Part shown: positions 37,828 to 46,633 of the stretch, one piece after another
Layout of the letters: each line of letters begins with the position of its first letter
Numbering within the stretch: the first letter of the stretch is position 1
Notes under the pieces: generated by a model
The model's database searches: none
What the model was told of the DNA's origin: nothing
Seen by the model: the letters and a program-made list of their open reading frames with translations, nothing else
Position numbers and translations under genes: made by a program
Assembly: GCA_965224025.1 (NCBI GenBank)
Contig: OZ245033.1
Location: 3,904,001 to 3,968,000 of the forward strand
DNA from: Candidatus Multivorans sp.
Lineage (GTDB): Bacteria; Acidobacteriota; Thermoanaerobaculia; Multivoradales; Multivoraceae
DNA length: 64,000 bases
Direction: 5' to 3'

Positions 37828-38277
37828 CTATCCTGGGCTCCTCGCCCGCCGCCTGGCGGCGATGAAGTCCGCGTGCGGGACGTGAAGGAGCCGGGCGATC
37901 TTGAGGATCAGGAACTCCTCCTGGACCTCCAGTACCTGATCGGCAAAGGCCACGCGCCACAGTTCCTCGAGTAACCGGACCTTCCGCTCCGCGTCGAAAG
38001 ACTCGTGGATGAGGCGGGTGAACTCGTAGAGGCAGACCGCACCTTCGGTCTCCTCCTCCGCCAGCGCCACGAGTTCCGCCGTTTCCCCTTCAGTGAGACC
38101 CAGTTGGCGCCGGACCGCGGCGAGCACTTCCGCCTTCTCCGCTTCGGCAGCGTCGAAGTCGGCGCGCATCACTTCCACCATCAGCGCCGCCGCCGCCAAC
38201 CGCAAGCGGCCCTCCGGGTCGCCGGCCCGCTCCGGGTCGATCCGTTCGCCGAAGAAGCTGCGGATGCGGTCAAGCAC
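37828..38277 (-). CDS. TerB family protein
   Basis: LAAAALMVEVMRAD...LYEFTRLI...LWRVAFAD...KIARLLHV. Confidence 0.88.
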   Translation of the reverse strand: MLDRIRSFFGERIDPERAGDPEGRLRLAAAALMVEVMRADFDAAEAEKAEVLAAVRRQLGLTEGETAELVALAEEETEGAVCLYEFTRLIHESFDAERKVRLLEELWRVAFADQVLEVQEEFLILKIARLLHVPHADFIAARRRARSPG

Positions 38278-38292
38278 GTTCGAGGGACCGGG

Positions 38293-39303
38293 TCAGGCGT
38301 CTTCCCGGCCCAGCCGCCGCCATGCCGCCTGGCGGCGGAGTTCCTTGGCCCGGACCGCCACGCCGACGCCCGTGGTGGCGCGCCGCCAAGCCGCCGCGGC
38401 CTCTTCGTCCACCAGTTCCCAGTGCGCGGCATGCGCCTCACGTACACCCGCGGTGGCGCGGCCAAGCGCCGCCACCCCCAGGTGGGCGGCAGGTTCACCC
38501 AACGGACCGAAGGCCAGAGCTTCCGCGGTCGCCAGCAGCAACAGGAGGTCCTCCACGGCCGCCGCCGGCCAGCCCGACCTGCGGGCCAGCGCCAGGTTGT
38601 AGGCCGTCATCGCGGCGCCGATGTAGAGATCCTCGATGGTCCGGAAGGGCTTGACGGCATCCGCGTAGCCGTCGCCTCCCAGCAGCTCCGCAGCCGCCAC
38701 CGGTACGTCTTTCAGATCGATCACGGCATGACGCACCTCGGGGTTGGCCGCCACCAGCCCGCCCAGGGCCGCATCCATCGGAGCGATCCCGATGCCCCAC
38801 CGGTCGCTCGGCACGCACAGCGCCCGCAGACGGTTGCGGTCGCCCTCGCGGCCCACGGAGGCGATGAGCAGGAGCGCCGCCGCGGACGGCGCCAGGGTCG
38901 CCCACCGCTTCTGGCCGTTGAGGACGAAGTCGCCATCCGGCATCGCATCGACGGACGATTGGATCGCACGCGGATGCGCCCCGCCCTCCTCGCTGGCGCA
39001 GAAGGCGACAATGCCGCCCTCGGGCATCAGATGCAGCCCACCGCACTCCCAGGCCAAGCGGCGGATTGCGCCCTGATGTCCCGACACCATGGCCCAGGCG
39101 GGCCGATCGGCCATGAAGCCGCCGAGCAGACCATGAGCGAAATGAACCCTGCCGGCGTCGGCCTCTCTGTCTCGCTCCTTGCCCTTCCAGGAGGCAAGGA
39201 CACCATCGCTGAAACCCCGATACCAGCCGGCCGGCTCGTCATCCGCGACAAGCGGTTCCGGCTTTGCCGACAACAGGTAGCTCAGGACCGGATCGAGGGT
39301 CAC
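38293..39303 (-). CDS. Acyl-CoA dehydrogenase-like protein
   Basis: AFCASEEGG, LNGQKRWAT and GDGYADAVKPFRTIED motifs; start uncertain. Confidence 0.75.
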   Translation of the reverse strand: MTLDPVLSYLLSAKPEPLVADDEPAGWYRGFSDGVLASWKGKERDREADAGRVHFAHGLLGGFMADRPAWAMVSGHQGAIRRLAWECGGLHLMPEGGIVAFCASEEGGAHPRAIQSSVDAMPDGDFVLNGQKRWATLAPSAAALLLIASVGREGDRNRLRALCVPSDRWGIGIAPMDAALGGLVAANPEVRHAVIDLKDVPVAAAELLGGDGYADAVKPFRTIEDLYIGAAMTAYNLALARRSGWPAAAVEDLLLLLATAEALAFGPLGEPAAHLGVAALGRATAGVREAHAAHWELVDEEAAAAWRRATTGVGVAVRAKELRRQAAWRRLGREDA

Positions 39304-39437
39304 AAAGCGCTCCCCGAAGCCGCTCCCGCCGCCGGCCAGACTCGAATAGGCTCGACCGCCCCAGGATGGCATTGGCTCGATCCGCCGTCGCCTGCGGCCC
39401 TCCCCATGAAGTTCATCGCCGAAGGATGATAGAGGAA

Positions 39438-39915
39438 ATGGCACCCTCCGCCGCCGGTGTCGCTCCCGGACCCGAAACGCCCGGTTTCCGGCGCGTGCCC
39501 AGGACCGGTGTCATCTACGTGATGCACCGCGCCGCGGCCGCCGGCCACGGCCGCGACGGGCGGACCTGGTACAACCTCGGCCAGGGTTCGCCCGAGGTCG
39601 GGCCCCTCGTCGGGCGAACCGCATCCCGTGCGGGGCTTCGTCAGGAAGACGGTTACGGACCGCGGCTACCGCGTCGAGCATCTCTGGCAGAGCCCGCAGA
39701 TTGAACACCTGAAGGAGCGCCACGTGTCCGACTGGAGGCCCGGACGACCGATCAGCCTTGCCGTGAGCCCGAACGGACGACACGCCGTCGCCCTGGAGGA
39801 TGTTCGGGAGGAGAAGGACGGCAAGGTGGAGTCGCGCCAGGTGCTCCGACGCTTCGAGCTCGCCCCCGAACCGCCGCCGCCGCCCCGGCCCACCCGACGC
39901 GAAGAGGAACCCTGA
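39438..39915 (+). pseudogene. Chimeric remnant: PLP-dependent aminotransferase N-terminus joined out of frame to the 3' fragment of another gene
   Basis: FRRVPRTGVIYVMHRA...WYNLGQGSPE breaks off after about 60 aa; a coding-like frame GFVRKTVTDRGYRVEHLWQSPQIEHLKE then runs to 39915. Confidence 0.55.
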
Positions 39916-39934
39916 CGAGCGCCTGCGGGGCCGC

Positions 39935-40951
39935 TCAGGCAAAGCCGACCAGGCGCCGGATCTCCGCCGCCTTCGGTTCGGCCACCGCCCGCGCGCGTTC
40001 CGCGCCGATGGCGAGCAACCGATCCAACTCGTCGGGGGCCGCCATCAGTTCCTCGTACCGTTGCCGGATCGGCGCCACGACCTCGATCACGGCCTCCGCG
40101 ACTCCCATCTTCAGATCGCCGTAGCCGCGAGCGTCGGCGAAGTCGGCCAGGACTTCATCGCGACTGCGGCCCGTGATCGCCTGGTAGATCACCAAGAGGT
40201 TGTTCACCCCGGCGCGCGCCGGATCGTCGCTGAACTCGATCTCGCGCCCGGAGTCGGTGACCGCCCGCTTGAGCGACCGGCGGATCTCCGCGTCCGAATC
40301 CGTCAGCCGCACCGCGTGGCCGCGGCCCGCCGTTTCGCTCTTCGACATCTTCACCGTCGGATCATCCAGGGCCATCACGCGAGCTCCGGCGGTCGGAATC
40401 ACCGCCTCGGGCAAGACGAACGTATCGCCGTAGAGATGGTTGAAGCGGCCCGCGATGTCCCGCGCCAGTTCCACGTGCTGCTTCTGGTCCTCTCCGACCG
40501 GCACCTCGTCCGCGTCGTACAGCAGAATGTCGGCGGCCTGGAGTATCGGGTAGGTGAACAGCCCGACGCCGATGCGCTCCCTGCCGCCCTGGCGCTCCGA
40601 CTTCGACTTGAACTGGGTCATCCGTTCGAGCCAGCCGATCGGCGTCGCACAGCCCAGAACCCAGGCCGCCTCGGCGTGGGCGCGAACGTGGCTCTGAACG
40701 AACAGGGTCGTGCGCTCGGGATCGATACCGCAGGCGAAGAGCATGGCCGTCAACTCGCGCGTGCCGACGCGCAGGATCTCCGCGTCCTGGCGCACCGTGA
40801 TCGCGTGCAGATCGACGACGCAGATGAAGTTCTCGCGGTCGTCCTGGCGTGCCGTCCAGTGCTTCACCGCGCCCAGGTAGTTCCCCAGGTGCAACACGCC
40901 GGACGGCTGGATGCCGGAGAAGACCCGGCGTTTGCCGGTCTGCGCGCTCAC
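39935..40951 (-). CDS. trpS: Tryptophan--tRNA ligase
   Basis: FSGIQPSG.LHLGNYLGA, YPILQAADILLY, VPVGEDQKQHVE and KMSKS motifs. Confidence 0.97.
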   Translation of the reverse strand: MSAQTGKRRVFSGIQPSGVLHLGNYLGAVKHWTARQDDRENFICVVDLHAITVRQDAEILRVGTRELTAMLFACGIDPERTTLFVQSHVRAHAEAAWVLGCATPIGWLERMTQFKSKSERQGGRERIGVGLFTYPILQAADILLYDADEVPVGEDQKQHVELARDIAGRFNHLYGDTFVLPEAVIPTAGARVMALDDPTVKMSKSETAGRGHAVRLTDSDAEIRRSLKRAVTDSGREIEFSDDPARAGVNNLLVIYQAITGRSRDEVLADFADARGYGDLKMGVAEAVIEVVAPIRQRYEELMAAPDELDRLLAIGAERARAVAEPKAAEIRRLVGFA

Positions 40952-42450
40952 GCTCTGGCCGCCGGCGCCTGGACGGGCCGGAACAGCGTCCAGCCGACGC
41001 AGACGCCGTAGTTCAGGAGCAGCCCCCAGACGCCGGCCGCGACGCCCCAGGGACTGCGCGTCGTCCACAGGTCGACCATCACGCCGCACCAGATGACCAG
41101 GGTGAGCAACGTCCCCAGCAACATGCCGGTGAGAGCCGCCGAGGACGACATCCGCCGCCAGTAGATGCCCAGCATGAAGAGCGGCGAGAGCTGGACCATG
41201 AACTCGAGTTTCAGCTTGATCAGCAGCCAGATCGAGCTCTCCGTCTCGAGCGACACCCAGGCCATCGCGATCAGGATGGCCATCACGCCCCAAGAGAACG
41301 TCTTGCCCACGATCAGCATCTCGCGCGAACTGGCCTCGCGGTGCAGGTAGTTCTTGTAGATGTCCTTGGTGAACATCGAGCCCATCGAGAGCAGCGCCGA
41401 GTCGGCGGTCGACATGATCGCCGCGACCACTGCGGCGAACACCATGACGATCAGCCAGTACATCACCGGCGAGCGGTCGATGAGGCCGCCGAGGACATAG
41501 ATCGTGACCTTGTCGCTCTCGAGTTCGCTCAGGCCGGGGAACCGGCTGAGGGCGATGAACCCGATCAGGAACGCGAGCAGGGTCGTGCCCAGCGGCATGA
41601 ACGCCATCGCCCCCAGAGACCTTCGCAGGCTGGTCTCGTCGCGGGCCGCGAAGATGCGCTGAATCGCGTGCGGGTAGAGGGCCACTCCCAGGCCGAGCAT
41701 CAGCAGCGTGCTGACCCAGCTTCGCAGCCCCTCCGCGTCCGGGCTTTCGAGTTTGGCCGGGGCCGTCGCGCGGACCCCGTCGGCCGCGGCCGCCAGGCCA
41801 CCGTCAGCGGTGACCAGGGTGTAGAGGATCACGGCGCACCCGCAAAGCAGCAGGGACCCCTGCACGGCATCCGTCCACGCCACCGCCCTCATGCCGCCCA
41901 GCGACTCGTAGATCAGCATCACGCCGACCAGGAGCAACACCCCCTGCATGAAGCTCATGCGGCCGCCGCTGATCGCCTCGACGCCGTGCCCCATGGCGAC
42001 CAACTGTTCGAGCACGTAGTTCGCCAGTCCCCAGCACAGAAGAGCGACGCACAGGATGCGCAGCGGATGAGACCCGAAGCGGTGGTACACGAAGTCGGCG
42101 GGCGTGATGTAGCCGAACCTCCGCGCCAGGTGGAAGAGGCGCGGCGCGTAGATCATGAACACCGTGATCACCAGAATCATGAACGTGATGCTGACGATGT
42201 AGGTCGTTCCCTGCTGGTAGGAGCGGCCGGCGAAGCCGAGCAGTGTGTTGCCGCTGTACTGGGTCGCGAACAGCGTCAGGAACAGAACCGCGAAGCCGAA
42301 GGACGAACCGGCCAGGTAGAAATCGCGCAGCGAGCGCTCCTTCTGGTGCAGGCGGCCCAGAAAACCGAGGCCGAGCATGATGACCAGGTAACCGCCGAGC
42401 ACCGCCAGCGCGCCAGGACCGAACGTCACCTCGGGAACGGAGGAGTTCAC
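40948..42450 (-). CDS. Sodium:solute symporter family protein
   Basis: DFYLAG, ATQYSGNTLLG, GGMRAVAWTDAVQ and AAIMSTADS motifs. Confidence 0.93.
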   Translation of the reverse strand: MNSSVPEVTFGPGALAVLGGYLVIMLGLGFLGRLHQKERSLRDFYLAGSSFGFAVLFLTLFATQYSGNTLLGFAGRSYQQGTTYIVSITFMILVITVFMIYAPRLFHLARRFGYITPADFVYHRFGSHPLRILCVALLCWGLANYVLEQLVAMGHGVEAISGGRMSFMQGVLLLVGVMLIYESLGGMRAVAWTDAVQGSLLLCGCAVILYTLVTADGGLAAAADGVRATAPAKLESPDAEGLRSWVSTLLMLGLGVALYPHAIQRIFAARDETSLRRSLGAMAFMPLGTTLLAFLIGFIALSRFPGLSELESDKVTIYVLGGLIDRSPVMYWLIVMVFAAVVAAIMSTADSALLSMGSMFTKDIYKNYLHREASSREMLIVGKTFSWGVMAILIAMAWVSLETESSIWLLIKLKLEFMVQLSPLFMLGIYWRRMSSSAALTGMLLGTLLTLVIWCGVMVDLWTTRSPWGVAAGVWGLLLNYGVCVGWTLFRPVQAPAARA

Positions 42451-42791
42451 GGCCCGTCCTTCCCGCCGGAGTCGGCTTCGCGGCCTTCCTGAACCTCGCT
42501 GGCAGCCGCATCCGACCCGTCCCGCCACAGCCGCAACGACGCGAAGGCGGTCACCATGGCCAGGGCCAGACCGCAGAGGATCGTGACCCAGGTCCAGACC
42601 GGAAGACCGAGCGCGAGCCGGTCGCCGACCGACGACGGCAGGTACCAGGGCACGCTGACGATGAGGATCGCCACGACCGCCGGCAGGAACCAGCGGTGAC
42701 GCATGGGCTCGTCCGCCGGCCGGACCGCCGCCCAGAAAACGTCCGGATCCCGCTCGTCCCTGTACTCCGATAGCCGTCTGTTGTCAGTCAT
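42447..42791 (-). CDS. Small two-TM protein accompanying the SSS symporter (DUF3311-like)
   Basis: SVPWY...LGLPVW; overlaps the symporter start. Confidence 0.7.
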   Translation of the reverse strand: MTDNRRLSEYRDERDPDVFWAAVRPADEPMRHRWFLPAVVAILIVSVPWYLPSSVGDRLALGLPVWTWVTILCGLALAMVTAFASLRLWRDGSDAAASEVQEGREADSGGKDGP

Positions 42792-43175
42792 AGCGGCGTT
42801 CCTCGTACAGCAGCGTCGCGTCCGGCGCCGCCTCGGCGACGTCTTCTCCGACGCAACAACCGCCGGTCAGGTGAACGACGTTCAGGGGGCGGATTATGTC
42901 GCACCGGCGCCTGGCGGACAGGTCGCTCGCTTTCACCAACCATGCGGCCGAATCGAACTGCTGCACTGCGCGCGGTTTCGCGGCCCCCGTGATATCCTCC
43001 CGACGCTCCCCCCATAACGTGCCCCACCAACCGTTTAGCCGCCTCCATCATCGGATGAGGCCGGGTGGTCCGCTGGCAAGAAAAACAGCGGACGTTCGGC
43101 CCGCGCGGGCATAATGGGCCGGCGGATCCGGTTCTCGCACAAGGAGGCCCACGAGCCCCGGGGCAGGCCAACGCC

Positions 43176-44363
43176 GTGAGCGTCCTTCGACAATCGGAAC
43201 CGACCCTCTGGACAGCCACCCTCGCGGTTCTGGCCTTCGGCTGTGCAGGGTGCACGGTGTCCGATCGCACGGCCGAACAGACCAACCAGGAACAGCAGGA
43301 CTTGAATCAGACAAACGGCGAGGAAGCCGAACAAGTGGAGACCCCGGACTGGGCTCTGGCCATCCACGGCGGCGCCGGCAGCGCGAATCGCGCCACCACC
43401 GACGCGGAGGACTACTACCAGGCCCTGCGGGCTGCCCTTTCCCTTGGCGCCGAGCAGTTGGCCGCCGGCGAAGCGAGTGTTCAGGTGGTCGAGAACGTGG
43501 TCGCGTCGCTCGAAGACAACCCGCGCTTCAATGCCGGCCGCGGTTCCGTCTTCACGTCCATCGGAACCCACGAGATGGATGCCGCGATCATGGACGGGCG
43601 CACCCTGGCCTGCGGAGCGGTGGCCGGGGTGAAGAACGTCCGCAACCCGGTCAGACTGGCGCGCCGGGTGATGGAGGACACGCCGCATGTCTTGATCGGC
43701 GGCCCCGGTGCCGACGACTTCGGCGTCATCGCCGGCGTACGCCGGCAGCCGCAGGCCTACTTCACCACCGAGCAGCAGCTTCAGAGGTACCGCGAACTTC
43801 GGGCCCAGAGAGGTGCCGCCGCACAGGGAAGCGGAGACGCCGTCGCGAGCGCCGGCGGCGATTACACCGGCAACGCCGGCGCAACGAGAAGCCTCGGGGG
43901 CGCCTCCCACCTGGGCACCGTCGGCGCCGTGGCCTTGGACCGCTACGGCAACCTGGCTGCGGCCACGTCCACCGGTGGCACGATGCTGAAGCGGATCGGC
44001 CGCGTCGGCGACGTACCGGTGATCGGCGCCGGCACCTACGCCAACAACGCCACCGCGGCCATCTCCTGCACCGGCCGGGGCGAGGAGTTCATCCGCCACA
44101 CCGTGGCGTACGACGTTTCGGCGCAGATCGAGTACGGCGGCCTCACGCTGGAGGAGGCCGTCCGGCGGGTGATCCGGGAGAAGCTCCAGCCGGGCGACGG
44201 CGGTCTGATCGCGGTCGGCCCGGATGGCACGATCGCGATGGAGTTCAACACGAACGCGATGTTCCGGGCCGCCGCGGATTCCCTGGGCCGATTCGATATC
44301 GGCATCTGGGACGAAGTGCAGAGCCGGCAGCCTCTGCCCGAACAGCCCGAAGCCGCCCAGTAG
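43176..44363 (+). CDS. iaaA: Isoaspartyl peptidase / L-asparaginase (Ntn hydrolase), exported
   Basis: LAIHGGAG, LEDNPRFNAGRG, GTVGAVALD, AATSTGG, GRVGD and SCTGRGE motifs. Confidence 0.92.
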   Translation: MSVLRQSEPTLWTATLAVLAFGCAGCTVSDRTAEQTNQEQQDLNQTNGEEAEQVETPDWALAIHGGAGSANRATTDAEDYYQALRAALSLGAEQLAAGEASVQVVENVVASLEDNPRFNAGRGSVFTSIGTHEMDAAIMDGRTLACGAVAGVKNVRNPVRLARRVMEDTPHVLIGGPGADDFGVIAGVRRQPQAYFTTEQQLQRYRELRAQRGAAAQGSGDAVASAGGDYTGNAGATRSLGGASHLGTVGAVALDRYGNLAAATSTGGTMLKRIGRVGDVPVIGAGTYANNATAAISCTGRGEEFIRHTVAYDVSAQIEYGGLTLEEAVRRVIREKLQPGDGGLIAVGPDGTIAMEFNTNAMFRAAADSLGRFDIGIWDEVQSRQPLPEQPEAAQ

Positions 44364-44411
44364 AGGCAAGCGGCCACGAGCGCCTGGAGGCGGCGGCTAT
44401 CATCGCCGGCC

Positions 44412-46328
44412 GTGAGCACGCTCTACGAACAGACGCTGCGCCGGGCCGGCGCTGACCCGGGGAATTTCTGGGCCGAGGCCGCGGAATCGATCTCCTGGGT
44501 CAGGCGCTGGGACCGCGTCCTGGACGACTCGAACCCGCCGTTCTACCGCTGGTTCGCAGGCGCGAAGGTGAACACCTGCTACAACGCGGTCGACCGCCAT
44601 GTCGAGGCCGGCCGCGGACAGCAGCCGGCGCTGATCTACGACAGCCCGGTCACCGGCACGACGGCGACGCTGACCTACGCGGCTCTGCAGGAGCAGACAG
44701 CCCGGCTCGCCGGCGTCCTCAGAAACCTCGGCGTACGGACCGGCGACCGGGTGCTGATCTACATGCCGATGATCCCGGAGGCCGCGGTCGCCATGCTGGC
44801 CTGCGCCCGGATCGGCGCCGTCCACTCGGTGGTGTTCGGCGGCTTTGCGGCGAAGGAACTCGCCACCCGGATAGACGACGCGAAGCCTCAGGTCGTACTG
44901 ACGGCCTCGTGCGGCATCGAGATCGCGCGAATCATCGAGTACAAGCCGCTGCTCGACGAAGCCATCGCCATGTCGACGCACAAGCCGGGCGCCACCGTGC
45001 TGCTTCAACGGCCGCAACAAGGCGCCGCACTCGGCGCCGGTGACCACGACTGGCAGGAGGCGATGGCCGCCGCCCAACCAGCCGACTGCGTCCCGGTGCA
45101 GGCCACGGATCCGCTGTACATCCTGTACACGTCGGGAACGACGGGCGTCCCCAAGGGCGTCGTACGCGACAACGGCGGGCACCTCGTGGCGCTCGACTGG
45201 AGCATGGAGAACATCTACGGCGTTGCGCCCGGAGAGGTCTACTGGGCCGCGTCGGACATCGGCTGGGTCGTGGGCCATTCCTACATCGTCTACGCACCGC
45301 TCATCCACGGCTGCACCACCGTGCTCTACGAAGGCAAGCCGGTCGGGACGCCGAACGCCGGCGCGTTCTGGCGCGTGATCGCCGAGCACGGCGTCTCGGT
45401 GCTGTTCACGGCGCCGACCGCGTTCCGCGCGATCAAGCGCGAGGATCCTCAGGGCAAGCTGATCGGCAAGTTCGATCTGAGTAGCCTGCGGACCCTGTTC
45501 CTCGCTGGCGAACGCGCCGACCCGGACACGGTGCGCTGGGCCGAGGAGAAGCTCGACGTGCCGGTGATCGACCACTGGTGGCAGACCGAGACCGGCTGGC
45601 CGATCGCCGCAAACTGCGTCGGGCTCGGGGCGCTGCCGGTCAAGCACGGATCGCCCACCAAGGTCGTCCCGGGCTACGACGTGCGCATCCTCGAACACGA
45701 AGGCGACTTCACCGGGCGCAGCCGCGAACTGCCGCCCGGCGAGACGGGCGCCATCGCCCTGCGTCTTCCCCTACCGCCGGGCTGCCTGCCGACCTTGTGG
45801 AAGAACGACGCCGGGTACGTCGACTCGTATCTCTCGGAGTTCGAGGGCTACTACCAGACCGGCGACGCCGGGTTCGTCGACCGGGACGGCTACCTCTACA
45901 TCATGAGCCGCACAGACGACCTGATCAACGTCGCCGGCCACCGCTTGTCCACGGGCGGCATGGAGGAGATCCTCTCGTCTCACCCGGACGTCGCCGAGTG
46001 TGCCGTGATCGGGATAGCCGACTCGCTCAAGGGACAGGTGCCCCTGGGCCTCGTGGTCCTCTACGCGGGTTCCGGCCGCTCGGAAGCCGAGATCGTGCCG
46101 GAGCTCGTCCAGACCGTGCGGGATCAGCTCGGACCGGTCGCCTCGTTCAAGATCGCGGCGGTGGTCGACCGTCTGCCCAAGACCCGATCCGGGAAGGTAC
46201 TGCGAGGCACGATGCGGCGGATCGCGGACGGCGAGCCCTACACGGTGCCGGCCACGATCGACGATCCCGCGATCCTGGACGAAATCGAGCAGACCCTGGC
46301 CGAGCTCGGCTATCCGAGACACGGATAG
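44412..46328 (+). CDS. prpE: Propionyl-CoA synthetase (acyl-CoA synthetase)
   Basis: YILYTSGTTGVPKG, DHWWQTETG, RTDDLINVAGHRLST and LPKTRSGK motifs. Confidence 0.88.
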   Translation: MSTLYEQTLRRAGADPGNFWAEAAESISWVRRWDRVLDDSNPPFYRWFAGAKVNTCYNAVDRHVEAGRGQQPALIYDSPVTGTTATLTYAALQEQTARLAGVLRNLGVRTGDRVLIYMPMIPEAAVAMLACARIGAVHSVVFGGFAAKELATRIDDAKPQVVLTASCGIEIARIIEYKPLLDEAIAMSTHKPGATVLLQRPQQGAALGAGDHDWQEAMAAAQPADCVPVQATDPLYILYTSGTTGVPKGVVRDNGGHLVALDWSMENIYGVAPGEVYWAASDIGWVVGHSYIVYAPLIHGCTTVLYEGKPVGTPNAGAFWRVIAEHGVSVLFTAPTAFRAIKREDPQGKLIGKFDLSSLRTLFLAGERADPDTVRWAEEKLDVPVIDHWWQTETGWPIAANCVGLGALPVKHGSPTKVVPGYDVRILEHEGDFTGRSRELPPGETGAIALRLPLPPGCLPTLWKNDAGYVDSYLSEFEGYYQTGDAGFVDRDGYLYIMSRTDDLINVAGHRLSTGGMEEILSSHPDVAECAVIGIADSLKGQVPLGLVVLYAGSGRSEAEIVPELVQTVRDQLGPVASFKIAAVVDRLPKTRSGKVLRGTMRRIADGEPYTVPATIDDPAILDEIEQTLAELGYPRHG

Positions 46329-46428
46329 CCGAGACACGGGGGCACACAAAACGCGGCTTTCCCTAAGGCTTAGCGGCCCATGCAGGACCGCCCGCCCGGG
46401 TGAAGAGGACCCAGCTGCCCCACCGGAG

Positions 46429-46457
46429 TCCGCAGAATTTGCGGAAAACTCTGCGGA
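46429..46457. promoter_or_regulatory. Inverted repeat in the AT-rich region upstream of the Fe-S oxidoreductase; candidate operator
   Basis: TCCGCAGAATTT-gcgga-AAACTCTGCGGA (12-bp arms, 1 mismatch). Confidence 0.4.
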
Positions 46458-46633
46458 TAAGAACCATACTCAGACCTTGTAAGTTCTTTGTTATCAGTAG
46501 TTTACGTCCGCTCCGCACCGGATCTGGTGCGCCCGGCGCGCCCGGCGTAAGTTATTCATGAGCAAGAAGTTAAGACGAGGATAGCGCCGACTGGAATTAC
46601 CGGATACTTCGACTCGGCGGTACAGTGCCACCC

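Noticed and set aside
37816-37830. preQ1 riboswitch before yhhQ, or T-box before trpS
   Set aside because: Both genes are operon-internal with no leader space.
42784-42966. 60-aa ORF upstream of the symporter partner gene
   Set aside because: No recognisable motif or RBS; cannot be supported.
46440-46460. DnaA boxes / oriC (TGCGGAAAA, TGCGGATAA)
   Set aside because: Only two mismatched boxes and no replication genes nearby; kept only as a possible operator.
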